Assembly: GCA_003693705.1 (NCBI GenBank)
Contig: RBZT01000768.1
Span: 12,027 to 76,026, forward strand
From: Polymyxa betae A26-41
Lineage: Eukaryota; Protista; Endomyxa: Phytomyxea
Direction of reading: 5' to 3'
Length of the DNA stretch: 64,000 bases
Made by a program: the position numbers and the translations under genes. The notes under the pieces were generated by a model. The model saw nothing but the letters and a program-made list of their open reading frames with translations, was not told the DNA's origin and made no database searches. The first letter of the stretch is position 1. Each line of letters begins with the position of its first letter. Below are positions 1 to 13,407 of this stretch, in pieces.

Positions 1-3000
1 ACGACGTCGCGGATCGTCGATCAGGATTTCGACCAGATATTCAGCTACGAGAACGTGATCGAATAGGTCATACCAGGTTCGTAAATGTGATTCAGCAGAG
101 TACTCCAAAAATAATGTCCCAAACCAAGCAGCAGCTTTGGATATTTGGCCCATTCTGAGAAAAACCAGAGAAAGTATAGCTTGACCAGCAATAGGAAGTT
201 CATAATCAGTATGGTGGTTATCTAATAGTAACTCGGTGCACTTATCAAGTTGATGACGCTGTAATGCCATTAATGCTTGCAATACAACAGCTTGATGACG
301 TGATGCTTCTGTCAGTTGATGTTGATGACATATTCGTTCTAGCGTCGCCAACGAAGATTTTAACATTACCTGATCTTCCTGAAGAATTGCCAAGAAAATC
401 TGAGCATAAATTTAGAGATCGATTTGCTGGTTGATCGTGACAGACCTGAACCAAGAGCAGACGACGAGCTAATGTGGGATTTTCTGATAATATCCGGCTT
501 AGGCTGCATGATCTCAACTTCGGTTCAGCAAGAGCGAACTTTCCTCTCACAATATCAATCACGGCAGATTGAACAGTCACAACACCATATGGTCTGCAAT
601 GATCTATCAAAGCTTGCCCTAAATCCACCCAACCCTTCCATATAAAGAATTCACTGGCAACTGCACTGACTGTCGCCGTTAACACATCATCTTGTTCGCC
701 CTCACAAAGATCCAATGCTCTTAGCGCGGCGTCCAATCCTTCGTCAAACATTCTCAGTTCAATGCACGCTTGAGCATACGCCAAATATAAGCGAGCAATA
801 GTCGCTGACTTATTGAGGGTACTTAAGGGAACAGCTGTCTCAGTGCCAGGAACGATGTCTGGAGAAACCCTATTTAAGCTTTCTCTCCTGATGCCATTCC
901 GGAATATAGACATAAGCCAATGTCGAATCTTATTAAGACCTGTTATCAGGCCATGACCAGTCGGCACAGGTTTGGCAATTTTTTTCAGCGCTAGTGTGAC
1001 AGTCTCAATGGCGAGCGTATTCTGCTCGGTGATCAGTAGACATTCAGCCAACTCCAAATAGATAATTTCAATTCGAATGTGTGACCCATTGTTTTGTTGA
1101 GACGTCAGTGACGATCTTCGCTTGCTAATCAACGACCCAGATGATAAAGCTACACGATAAAACGTAATAGCCTGCAAACTCGTTAGATTGCACACCATGG
1201 TGAGGAATCAAGTCGAAACCTGATCAAGCTTTTGGCTTTTTCGGTACCGCCGAGCAGCTTTGACTTGATAATGCATGCTTCGATCAAAATGTCGAGCCAT
1301 TCTCCAATGACCAGCCAAAGCTTCATCATCATCTACATGAACTTGCTCTAATGCTTCTGCCACTAAACCATGAAGGCGTCGCTTGTATTCCATATCCAGG
1401 CTAGTGTAGATTTTCTGCTCAGTCTCCTCCGACCTAAACGCAAAGAGTAGTCCCTTTTTACGGCCTGAGCATCCATGCGTTAGTCTGATGAAGCCAAACA
1501 TGTTCTAACATAATTGCCTTCTGGCGATGGAAGCTGAACCAGTAATGATAGCTGGTTTGACAAAATTTGCAGCGCATCCATGAGCTCAGCTGGCGTCGTG
1601 GGCATATCAGAGCGCTGGGTCTGTAGTATTAATCAGCAATCAGCTTGACAATTTCTGTTACAGCGAATACCTCTCCTTTTTGAGATAAAGCATGTAATAC
1701 AACCAATAGCAGATCCATATCGAATTTTGATCCAATCACAGAGCAGACAGCTAACACGGTTGATTGTGATTTTGTCAGCCCATCAGTGATAATCTGGTTA
1801 ATGCGATCTCCTCTATAGAAGACTTAGATACAGAGCAGTGATGGCAAGTTTTAGATCCTACGATGATCGAGCATTTGCTTCAGCTATCCTTCGACTTGCG
1901 TAGCACAGACGACTTGCACAAAAACAGAGGACGGCAAGATTAGACGAAGTAGTCATTTGAGCAGCTCGGAAAACGAAATCAACGAATAGATGTGATGGAG
2001 TCATTCCACCAAGTCGTAAACATGCCAATAGAGCGACATCTTCGTGTGACATTTGAGGTAGATAAATCATTTCCCGTTCGAATTCATTATTGAACATAGA
2101 CGTGCACTGCTCTGGTTTGGTTGAGCATGTCGCAATGACGATCAGGTTTTGAAGTTGGCCCAACATTTCGTCCAAACATCTCACGGATCTAGTGGGCAAT
2201 TTAAGTGTTGTATCTGAAAAAACAGCAAATTGACATACAGTTCATCGATCATGTCAATGTCATCGATCATCATCACAATTCGCTTACGATCATTCAGAGT
2301 CATTCCAATTAATACGGTCAAAATTTGTGCAATGTCTAAATTGGACTTCGGAGCAGCGGAAGACTGAGAGCGGCGATCAAGACCGAGATCGCATATGTGA
2401 CCGATGTCACTTAGCAATTGTAAATAATTGGGTCCTAACTTCAAAATACATTGCACAAGTCTGGATCGAAATACAGATAGAGATCCAAACTGATGCGTAT
2501 AAACATATCGTAGGTACTGCCTAATAAGAACTTTGATGGTGTACCCAGGTTGGCAAGAGCGTTTTCGAGAACAAAAGAATGATGTCCTGCATATAACGTC
2601 AGACATTACATATACCATGAAGCTGACAGAGTTACAATGCGATATCTTGGCGCGTACACTGAATCTGTGAGTCAGAAACACGATGGATCTGGGACATTAA
2701 CGAGGTTTTTCCAACACCATCGGCGGCTGCTATTAAGAATAGTTGTCCAGCATTACAGTATGTGTAGCTCTGATCACGAATGATGGTTTCTTGTAGCATA
2801 GCACGTAACTGTATGCGGCCTGAAAGCAAGATACTAGTTCTAACTTGCAAGGGCATAGGGGATCTCAAAGATAGAAGAACGAAATGGTACCGAAGCAATC
2901 GAAGATTGTCACCAGAATTGAACTCAATCGTATTAATTTTCTGATCGAATGTCTCCTGAGTGACTTCATCAGTTATAATCTGGTTTGTTGCTAACGAAAC

Positions 3001-6000
3001 AGCAAGCAGAGCGGAATCAACAGCATCGCCAAGACTGTCAGCGTGTGATTAGATTGATAAATACATTCCACTTGGATCGCTCACTGACATGATTGGAATC
3101 GCTAGTGGGTCTATAAACCTGCAAGAGCATAATCCTGTCCCTATACCAACGCTGCATTCTGTTCCGAATTCTCCACACATACGGGTCCGGATACGGAATG
3201 CGAATAAGAAAGCCAATGACGACCAGTCCAACTGAAAGGCAACCACCGCCATTAATCGCATTCCATTCGAGGACATAGAAGCAAAGACACAACTCGGCTC
3301 CGATAGCCGGATCGTTTGCATCTCGAATGCAAATGTTGACACCAGCAAGTGTGCCGTAACGGGATCCGTTGGGATATCAACACGCACCGCAATCACAATC
3401 AATTCGTGAAGGTTTGCCGGATCTGAGATGTCCCCATGCCTGTGATGCTAATTGTCAGTAGCGGATTTTGCTGAATCTCAGCTAGCCTTGCCTTTGTTTG
3501 GAGAATTTATGTTTGATCAACTGATCATCTTCATAAAAAATGTGATGTTGACGACCAAGTCTAATGACCTGGTCCATAACACGCTGCTGCTGGATTTCCA
3601 CACTGCTGGCGAATGATTGCAGTATGGCACATCGTTTATCGTCAAACTCTTGTTTGACGACCACTTTTCCAGATATTCGTAATAGTTTGAGCAAGTTCTT
3701 ATGCACAATGATCTGCCCAGAATCTGCAATGGGCTCAATTCGGAATGCCTAGAACCACGGTCAGAATAAGATCATTATATTCAGGTACGACTACCTCTGA
3801 TACAGCTGGACCAATACAAACATATCCTCGGGCACAATCTGGCCCGACTGTATCTAGCAAAATGCAATCGTCGCACGACAAACAGAATTTGCATTGGAAA
3901 AGTTCTCCTAATCCTTGATCGATTAGTTGTTTTTTCATTTGGAATGCACAATTGACAGCCTAGTGATATAAGTATGGACAAGGTACATGGGGGCGAATAT
4001 TACCTGTGCACAAATCACCGATTGATTGAACGTTGGTGTCATGTCCCATATCATGACGAAACGGTTAAACGACAAATCCAGCAGAGCTCCTTGATGATGT
4101 TGGGCACATCTGAAAAAGGTTGAAAATAAATTTTGAAGTTGACTTGTGTCTTGAGTAATATTGCTTATCGAAATGTTCAAAATAACGCCCCTTTGTTGAT
4201 GATCAGTCGAAAGCAGAGATATGTTATCAAACAGGAAATACGTACAACAGTAGGGTTGACTGGCCATAAAGATGGTCTCTCTGATCTAAGCTGGTTGTGC
4301 ATATAGCTCCAAATACGACAGGACGTGGTAATATTGCAGCATAATCACGATCAACTTCACTGACTGACTCAGCATCGGATCCGGAAAATAGCCCAGAACG
4401 TAAATCACGGAATGCATCATAGATCCCGCTGCGATTCTGCCGAATTGCTTGTATACGGTGAGATTCGGCATTATCGCGTCCTTTGCAACATGACAGATCC
4501 CATTCGTCCAGCAGTGTTTCATCAGCACCAGGATCATTCCCGCCACTTTTGCCATCATACACGCGAATGTCCTGTTTATCAGTATCGGCCATCTTCTCAA
4601 ATCCCTAAACAGGAATTCCCAATAACTAGGTAGAACTGTCGACTAAACAGTGATTACATGTGACTCTTCAGTTAAAGGTAATGAGCACAATCTAGTCGTG
4701 GAAAGCATGGAAGAACTTTTCATGTTAACCTCTTCAAAAATAGGTACCGGGTTAAAAGTGTTCATATCTGGAACATCATCGTCCGGCTGCATTACTTTTT
4801 CCATAATAGCTGAAATGGTATTCTGCTGAATAAACGTGATGCGACTGTGGATGAAACGGCCAATGTTCAAGAGATGTGTAGCATGACGAGATAAGGACTC
4901 GTTGTCTTGACGAAATTCGTCGAGATCAGCACTGCCCCCGGAATGATCACCAGGTAATGTCTCAGGGCTCGCATGAAGCTGCAGATCGTTGAACTTGTTC
5001 CGAATGTAATCCTGATGACACCGAGCGCCAGTTTCAACAAACAGGCGAAATGCTTTTCTTGCATGTTCCCTCGCATGCTTCCTGTTCTGGTCTTTATCCT
5101 CATAGATTTCAGCCATAAACATATGCGACAGAGCTTCAACAGAAGGTATTGCATACTGTGCAGCCGATCTTTGTGCTAACTGTAATAGATTAAGGACATC
5201 GATCGATTTCGATGATTTACAAGATAATAATGCAGCGTGCCATAGCAAAAAGTAAGTCCCTAATGACTGATCAGTGGATGAGCGAGAACTGGAGCAGGGA
5301 TTTACTTGCGAACGTAATTGTTTCCGAGACCTTGTAAAGTAGTTGAACAGCTCCTTCAGCTTGAGCTATCACCGATCTTCGTTGAATACCAAACATTTCT
5401 TCCAGTCCACTTCCTGAACTTGTTCTAAACTGCCGCAGAATGAAGACCAAGATTTCAGCTGCAATTGGAGCCGCAATCATAAGGGATAGGTCAACTCGAA
5501 CACAAGCCTTCCGTAGATTCACAGCTGCCTAAATGAAAATCATTATTTATATAAAGCAATTGCACCAATCCGACATGATAGGCAGATGCAAAGTCACCGG
5601 TTTTATAGCGTAATACTGCTTCGACGCTAGAGTAAAAAGCCTGATTTGACGAATCTAGGCCAGAAGCAGGTTTGAGGAGTAGTAAACGCTCAATGTCTGC
5701 TACAAATGCGATAGCAGGATTCATCTGTGAGCACATAAGCTGATGAAGCGCAATCAGAAGACTGCAGTTTAGAGCTGTAGATGGATGGAAAAAAGCAATG
5801 GGCTTAGCCAACTGCTCCGCCCTATTGAACGCTTCCACTGATGGCTGCACTCTTCCAGAAATATAATGCACAACACCAAGACGCTGTAATGAGACGACAG
5901 ACGCCTGCACATCATACAGGATCTCATCATATAGCTGCAGAGCACTCGATGCAAAATTGATCGATGATCGCCAATACCCGCAAACACCTGCTGACTGACC

Positions 6001-9000
6001 CAATAAATTATAACATAAAGCCATTGTTCTTATCTCATCGGACCGCCTTATCCAATATCGAATTCGGTAAACGATCAAATCTAAAAAGGCATTGTTCGTT
6101 AGAAGAGCACGATCGCATAGCACTTTGAGAAGCCAACAGTATCGACGTGCAGATACATCAGCAGATGATGAATCGCGCATCGTCAGAGCCTGTAATATTG
6201 CCCAATGTGCTGCCTCAGAATCACCTAACCGAAGCTCGACGTAAGACAAAGTCTCATATAATGCTGCTTGAGTAATCTGATCTTGACTGGGAGGAGGTCG
6301 TTTCCGAATGCTCTGGCATGACATTAGCGCAATCTGCGCCCAGTATATACTGGCAGCGATGCTCGTGCGAGGTCGAATGTTTGCACCGATGTAGTCCTAG
6401 GGAGCATTTGAGGAAGATGTACCGAAAACAGAGTCCAATTGAAAAATACCAGTGCTCGAAGTATAATTGGTTTGGCAGATTCCGGATCTTGATTGTATAA
6501 GTGCAACCAAGCAATGTTAAGCCAATTGCCTGCGGTTACAATTTGGTGGTTGTAAGTTGGCGCCTTTTGATCTAGATCGATGCAGCGATAGAATAACTCT
6601 ATAGCGTCGTTGATCATAAACAAGAACGAAAACTGAGTTGCGGCAAGTCCATTGAACTTGCGATCTAAGGCCGTCTGATTGGTTTGACTGTAATGACGAC
6701 CAATTAGCGGTAGGACATAAGCATTATTACTGGATCCGCCTTCATAGTATTCGGCTAAATCAACATGAAACTTGTTGCGAGATTCACGATCCAATGTTGA
6801 ATATACATCGCGTTGGATTGATGAATGTGGGAAGGAAATTCGAGGCGATGACGTTCTCATATGAGCTAATAACAACCAGCCTCGGTTCTTGAGAACCATT
6901 AGATCAGATTTGAATTCGTCGATATCCTTATGCTGATCGCCCAGGGAGCGCAGGATATTGAATGGAAAAGAGACACCAATCACACTTGCTAGCCTTAACA
7001 AATTTTGTTGGGGCTTGGTCAGGCGATTCATTCGCTTTTTGACAAGATCAACCGAAGATCCAGAGATTGCGAACAGAGCATCAACTGGTTCAACAACCAA
7101 ATCAGCAATTGATTGCGATGTTACTTGAATTAATCGATCTTCTTGTAAGCAGAGGAGCACATCGGTTAGCCTTAATGGGCTTCCTCCTGATTTTTTAATT
7201 AACAAAATCTCAAGCCCGCTCCTGATTTTTATTGCTGACAGCAGGCGACATGACAATCTTAGAACGTCAGATCGTTCCAATGGAGGGACATGAATCCAAT
7301 GAGTCGACGCTGATAAGAGATGCCGAACTTCTGAATGTTCTTCAATGTACTTCTCTGCGGTGGGATCGTCGATCTGTAAAGTTCCTAATATGAAGACCCC
7401 AATATCGGGTGATGAAGCATATGAACTTAGAACGTGCCAGGTTCCGGTATCAAGCCATTGAATGTCTTCGATGAGTAAACAAATGTTGAATTCGCCGGCA
7501 ATTGTCCTTAAAAGGTCACTGAAAATAATCGCCAGAATTTGGGCCCGAGACAGTTCTGATAACAGGCCTAGCATTGCGTCAGATAATCCCTCAGAACCGA
7601 ATATCATATGTGTGATCGCTTTTCGAAACGGGAGATATTTAGGCAGCCGATTGAAAAGCATTTCCATGACGGCACTGACAGAAGTAATGCCTAGACATTT
7701 GCCATATTCTGAGATCATTTTTCGAAGGACGCGAATGACCGGCAAGTAAATTTGCTGTTTGTAACTCGATTCACCATACATAGTAAATGCTTTTACATTT
7801 TGGTTTTGATCAGTAACAATCCTTAGAAATCTCTTAGCTATAGCCTGATGTGAGCACTTAGCTTAACCACAATAGCATACTTATTCGGACCATACCGATT
7901 TCCCGAATCCACTGGATCCATACAGAATTACTGGACTAATTGACGATGGTGACTGTTGTTGATAAAGCGCTGTCAATGTTTGCAGTTGATGGTCACGACC
8001 AACTAGAATCTCAGAAGTATCTAAGCCAGATAACAAGATCTCGTTTTCTCCGCCATAGCCTTCGTCAATTATGTCTGATATTGGCATCTGGTTAGACTGT
8101 CGATAGCCTTGAAGACGCAGGTCTCGGGTGGCGCTTGCAGATAAATCTGTTGGATCGCGTTGTATCTGGCTATCTGTTAGAATGTTATGTCCTTTGACCA
8201 TGGGTATTAGTATTAAGCAAAAGTCATATTGCCGTGCTAAAGATGCACTTTTTGCCAGATGCTGTGCTCGAAGCCCGGAATCTACGACGCCATCGTTCCA
8301 TAAACCAGATCCATCAATCTGTCCCATTGTTCCAAGCAAACGATGCGCCAAAGCCATATCGTAAATTAAATTTAGTTGATTAGCTAAGTCTAGCGCTTGA
8401 AGCCATTTGTTTGTAGCTTTCCAGATCGATGATCGATTTACGAAAACATCAAACATGCCTTGGACTAGAAGTGCTCGAGGTCTACCGACTGGGACCCTTT
8501 TAGCAAACTTTTTCAGAGCTCGCAGGCTCGCATTAGCCATACTCAATACTTGACGACGTTCAGTATCAATGGTCGCATCATGTAAGTCCTTATACCGAAG
8601 TATAGCCAGCTGACAAGTCCAAGCTAGAATATTAGTCAAATCATATGAGGCTGCTGAAGCTAAAGGCAAAGCAGTGTCCATAAATGCGAGAGATTGCTCT
8701 GGACGATCTTGATAATAATCGTAAATCATACGACAGACTGAATATTGGAGTGCAGATTTCGGGTCATCTTGTGGATTTGGGCGTGTTAGTGCTTGAATCA
8801 ATTGCCCAGCAGCTGCTATATTCCCAGTTATCAAATGATACATGGACCTTAATATCAGCATACGACTTCGTCCCCAATCGTATTCACAGAATTTAGCGAT
8901 CCGTTCCATACTTTGGAGAACGTCTTCGACCTCTCCGACGTCCAAGAAAGCTAAAGACATCGAAGCCAGTTCGTCAAGAGTCCGAACCAGATGATGGGGC

Positions 9001-12000
9001 GAATTTGCAGACGTAAACTTGTCACTTGCCAACTTGAGGAATTGTCGTCCTTTAGCTGCATCTGCGAATATAGCACAGGCAACCTGGGCTAATTTGATAT
9101 ATATTGATCCTTTGGTGAAGGGGGAGAATGGCTTCGCGTTAACACTTGAAAACAAATAATCACGTTCTGTATCAAACGTAATGACCTTATAGAGATTAGA
9201 AACGGTCATTAATTTGCCAACCGATAATGCCCCCATCATATAATTGGTCATTGCTTGGATTTTCTGTTCCATAGACTTGGCAGCATCAGAGGTGATCAAG
9301 GCCCGAGTAGCGGATCTCATCGCCAGCACTCCATTTCCTAATTCAATTGCTATATTGCTTTCCATATTAAGAGACTTGGCTCGCTCTAGAAGCAGCTGTC
9401 GTGTGAATAGCCCAGGTAGAACTGGACGGCATGGACCAGCAAGAGAAGAGGATAAGGCCAGGGCAACACGAGCCTTGCTGATAAGAGCTATCTTAGATTG
9501 CGAGGTGACATGGCTGTCAATATTCAATAAAGAATCCTCGATCAAAGTTAAACAGCGCGCCATTTCATGGTTCTCAAACAAATATTTTGCTGATGATCGC
9601 TGCAGTTTTGCAATTTCAAGCCTATCGTTTGGTGTATATTGCTCCAATAAAGACAGGGCTTTGAATGAATACGAAGCAGCTCCATTGAAGTCTCCAAGAG
9701 AGAAAGCTGCATCACCAGCTAACCGATAGTATCTGTGAGATAATAATTGAGTTGAAACTTGTAGAATCATCCAATAATGTTAGTTACTTGATGGCATTAG
9801 CCAATTGCCCAGCACACTGATAGTGATGAGCTAGTTCAGCAGATGTGAGGGGAATTGCTTCAAGATGTCCAAGCAGAAGTCGGTCTTGCTGAAGGCGCTC
9901 TAACTGATCAACAATTAAATTATGGTATATGCTGGAATCGGATTTTGACAGAAGCCCATAAACCGTTTTCTGCATCAAAGGCTGGCGAAATGCATATGTC
10001 GTAACCGGAAGTGTTGCAGTCGTTACGATGACGTCTTTCGATTCAAGATTGACCAAATTCTCCATTAATCTTTCATTGTTATATGGAGATATGGCTTGTA
10101 GTAGATCGAGAGCAAATGTCACACCAATAACACTAGCACACTTCAAGATCTCTTGCTCAGACGGTGACAGTCGATCAATATGGCTAGTAATGTTCTGCTC
10201 AAACATATGTTGAACGATCTCCATAGCTGTTTGCGAGAACTGTTCTGATGAAATCTTGGCTTCTGATAAGCCGGTAGCCAGATCCATTATTAATTCTGGG
10301 CTCCCTTCACTTGTCTTATGCACAGTATCAAGTACAATATCCGGAAGGTTAGTCAAGTGAAGCCGAAGACAAAGAAGCGCTTCAGTATCTCGACGTGACA
10401 AAGGCCCCAGTTTAACATGTTGAAAATATGACAGTTTACGTAGTTGGAAATCCAGCGTTGACATTTGACTTGATACAGATATGGGTCTAGAGGTCAGAAA
10501 AATCACCATATTTCGTGGAATGTTGCGACACAAATGACTCAGATATATCCCTGATGTAATATCGAGGTCACGAACATTCTCTAATACGAGGCAGATCGAG
10601 CCACATATCTCAATCGCTGCTCGGTATAATTGAAGAAAGGCACGGATGTGTTTTTTTAAAGAGTCAGAAATTGTCGAGAGCTCTTCGATTTCACTTGAAC
10701 CGGATTTCGATGAATTCCTTGAGTAATATGGCTTGCTGGATGCTATCGAGATCAAAGTCTCAACAGTTTCCTGGCTGAGATGGAGTTTGGCAGATACATT
10801 ATTAAGCATCTCATGAAGAGAAGTGGCAGAATCAGGGTTGCCAGGACATAATAATGAAACAAAGCGCTGGAGTACCGAGTTCCATAATACAACGTCAGCA
10901 TTATCAGATATTCGACTACCTGCGAAATATAACGTAGTGAATTCATATTCTTGAGCAATCTCCCAGATAGACTGAACTAGTCGAGTCTTTCCCATACCGC
11001 TATCCGCTTCAATAAGCATAATCGTCTTGCATGATTTCAGCTTGTCAGATAGATCACTACGTGGTCCTAACTTGATTCCTTCAAACATACTTCTAGCTAA
11101 CTGCAGCTCAACAGAGCGACCCAGCATCAATGTTGCTGGCAGATGCAGTGTCTGCTCTGCAGAACCGCTTCCAGCAGCCGGATGGTAAACCTGGACGATA
11201 CCAAGACGGCCTTTCACCTTGATCGGGGCCATTTTCGCGAATTCAATATTGAGTGAATGTCCTCCTCGAAGCAAAGCGGCCCTTTGTGTTTCGCCATCGC
11301 ATAATAATCCATTATGCGACGCCACCATCAGACGAGCACTCAGATTAACGATATCGCCAACGATAGCATATTCACATCTGATTTCATCTCCAACAGATCC
11401 GCAAAAAGCGCCACCAGTAGTAACTCCAATTCCCTGTATCACTCCAATGAGATTGATTCTCCTGAAGCAAGCGTAAATTACCGTTCTCATTCCAATCTCT
11501 AACAGCAGGCCCTGTATAGTAAGCGATGCTTGAACTGCTCGTATGGCATCGTCATCGTGAGAATTATACGGCAAACCAAAGGCAGCAATAGCAACTGTTC
11601 CTTTGTCATCTTGAATCAACTGGCGTAACGTTCCATCGAACCGATGTAAAGCCTGTTGGATAAGCCGGAAAGCGCTCTGATTTGCTTGAATCTGCTGATC
11701 CGTATCATAATGGAAATCAGGAAGATTGATAAACACCATGGTGACTTGGCGCCTCTCACCAATAAGACCTTGTTTACCAGCATTGATTGCTAATGTCACA
11801 GATCGTGGCAAATAGCATGCTAAAGCCGATTCCACTGATTTGCAGATTTTAGTTTGTGACAAGAAATGCATCAAATCCGGCATTGGATCGATGGACATAG
11901 GAAGGCTGTCAGCATTAATCGACTCCAAAAGAAACAGGTCATCATCCCGTTGGCGTACTTGACAAAATCCTTTAATGAGTTCGAAAACTGATGACTGAAT

Positions 12001-12945
12001 AACAACTTCACCACGAACAGCTGCCTCTAACGCTCTTCCCATTTCGAATATCGGCTGTCCAGCAAACATATACTCCCAGCGATTTTCAAATCCACCGAAG
12101 TGAAGTTCATGTAGCATGCCAGCCGATAGCCCAGAATGTAGCTCCAGATTAATGTTCATTTTCTGAAGGAGCTTCATACCAGTCTGCATTTCCAAGGCTG
12201 CTTTCGCAGCGCTCATTCCACATTTGGTCAGGTCATCCGGATTAGAGCCTGAAGGTCTGAACACCGATAAAAGTGCATCCCCAGCGAATTTTGTTACGTC
12301 TCCTCCGTTTCTCAGAATGGTATCGATAAACATAGAAAACACCTTATTCAGAATGGTTGCTAATCTCTCTCCGCCCATCTTCTGCAATGAATCTGCGTAC
12401 TGCACGTTGCCCTGTTCTTTAGAAAGAGGATTTTTAGGCTGCTTAGCCAGATCAGCAGCTAATTGTGTGAAGCCAGAAATGTCTGACAGCAACACGACTC
12501 CAAAAAACTGAGACCGAACAGCGTCAGCGCTAGAGGCACTTCCCGCAGCATGACGTCCAGATAGTAAGATCGGTAAAGCAACAGCCCTGGGAACGTACCG
12601 ACAAAGCACCTGAAATCGATGCAGTTGCTCTTCAGGTTTGTATCTATTTTTGAAACCTTCGTTCTTCCAGCGTTCGATTAACTCCAAGGCATTTCCTTTT
12701 AATGTAGGCGCGGAATCAATGGAGGGTATCTCGGCAGCTTTACGAGAAGAAGAATTTCGATCAAGTGACCGCGGTTTTATACTGGCTTTTCGACAAAGGC
12801 TATTTGAAATTGAGCCAGCAGATATAGCGACGCTGCTGGCTTGGCGAATGCTAATGCGGCGACGAGCTGTGACAGAAGGTGCTGCCTGCCCAGGGCAAGA
12901 AAGAGAAATAGAAGGTCTGCCACGAGCATTGCTGTCCATTTCCAA
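1..12945 (-). CDS. Giant multi-exon soluble adenylyl cyclase (ADCY10-like) / triple STAND NTPase-TPR protein; 3' end lies beyond the window
   Basis: Class III cyclase motifs LSDISGFTQL, GGDVTKFAGDALL, DDKG and GDIVNLSARLM. Three P-loops (ADSGMGKT, GSSGFGKS, AADGVGKT) with Walker B-like motifs (LVLENVRDLD, LLIEDIQWLD, MMIDDIDMID) and winged-helix motif xxRLS/TxxxQxxLxxASVIG. TPR-like helical tracts. ORF pieces join in frame through short introns, e.g. 9733-9787 (AIK/YYR), 7845-7895 (GFGKS/AIAK), ~4605-4657 (EESH/GFEKMADTDK), 3440-3491. The final exon is still open at position 1. Confidence 0.9.
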
Positions 12946-13319
12946 TCAAATAATCTGGATGAAGCTCCTGGGTTGGACCAGGGCCAGAACTATATGATGG
13001 TGATTATAAGTCGACCATGCAGCAGGCGCCCTAGGCCTGGATCTTCGGTGTGCCCTGTTTTAGATGCAGATTAGATGTGCCTCGGCGTATACCGAATCAA
13101 AGGTACACCGATGGTAATGGTTGAGCCAGCATGAGCTTCACAGTTGATCACAAATTATGAACGAACACCACATTGTGGTGGTTAAGGGCGGCATGACTCG
13201 TCATCTACGCAGGGAGCAATAACAGAATCAGATTCAGCAAGCATGATTGGAAGACCTGCTACAGCTTTGGCTAGGCTGAGCCTGATAGCGTGGCATACAT
13301 ACTGGGAACGTTCCGAGGC

Positions 13320-13407
13320 AGGCATCAACGTCGAGACCCAGCTAGAGCAGGAGCCAATGTCATGATCCAGCTAGAACAGGCATCAACGTCAAAGACCCAG
13401 ATAATGA
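13320..13407. repeat. Degenerate ~29-bp tandem repeat, 3 units
   Basis: aggcatcaacgtcgagacccagctagagc / aggagccaatgtcatgatccagctagaac / aggcatcaacgtcaaagacccagataatga. Confidence 0.6.

Noticed and set aside
245-12945. Treating the many minus-strand ORFs as separate genes or a frameshifted pseudogene
   Set aside because: The junctions I checked are bridged by 40-60 nt introns that restore frame and conserved motifs.
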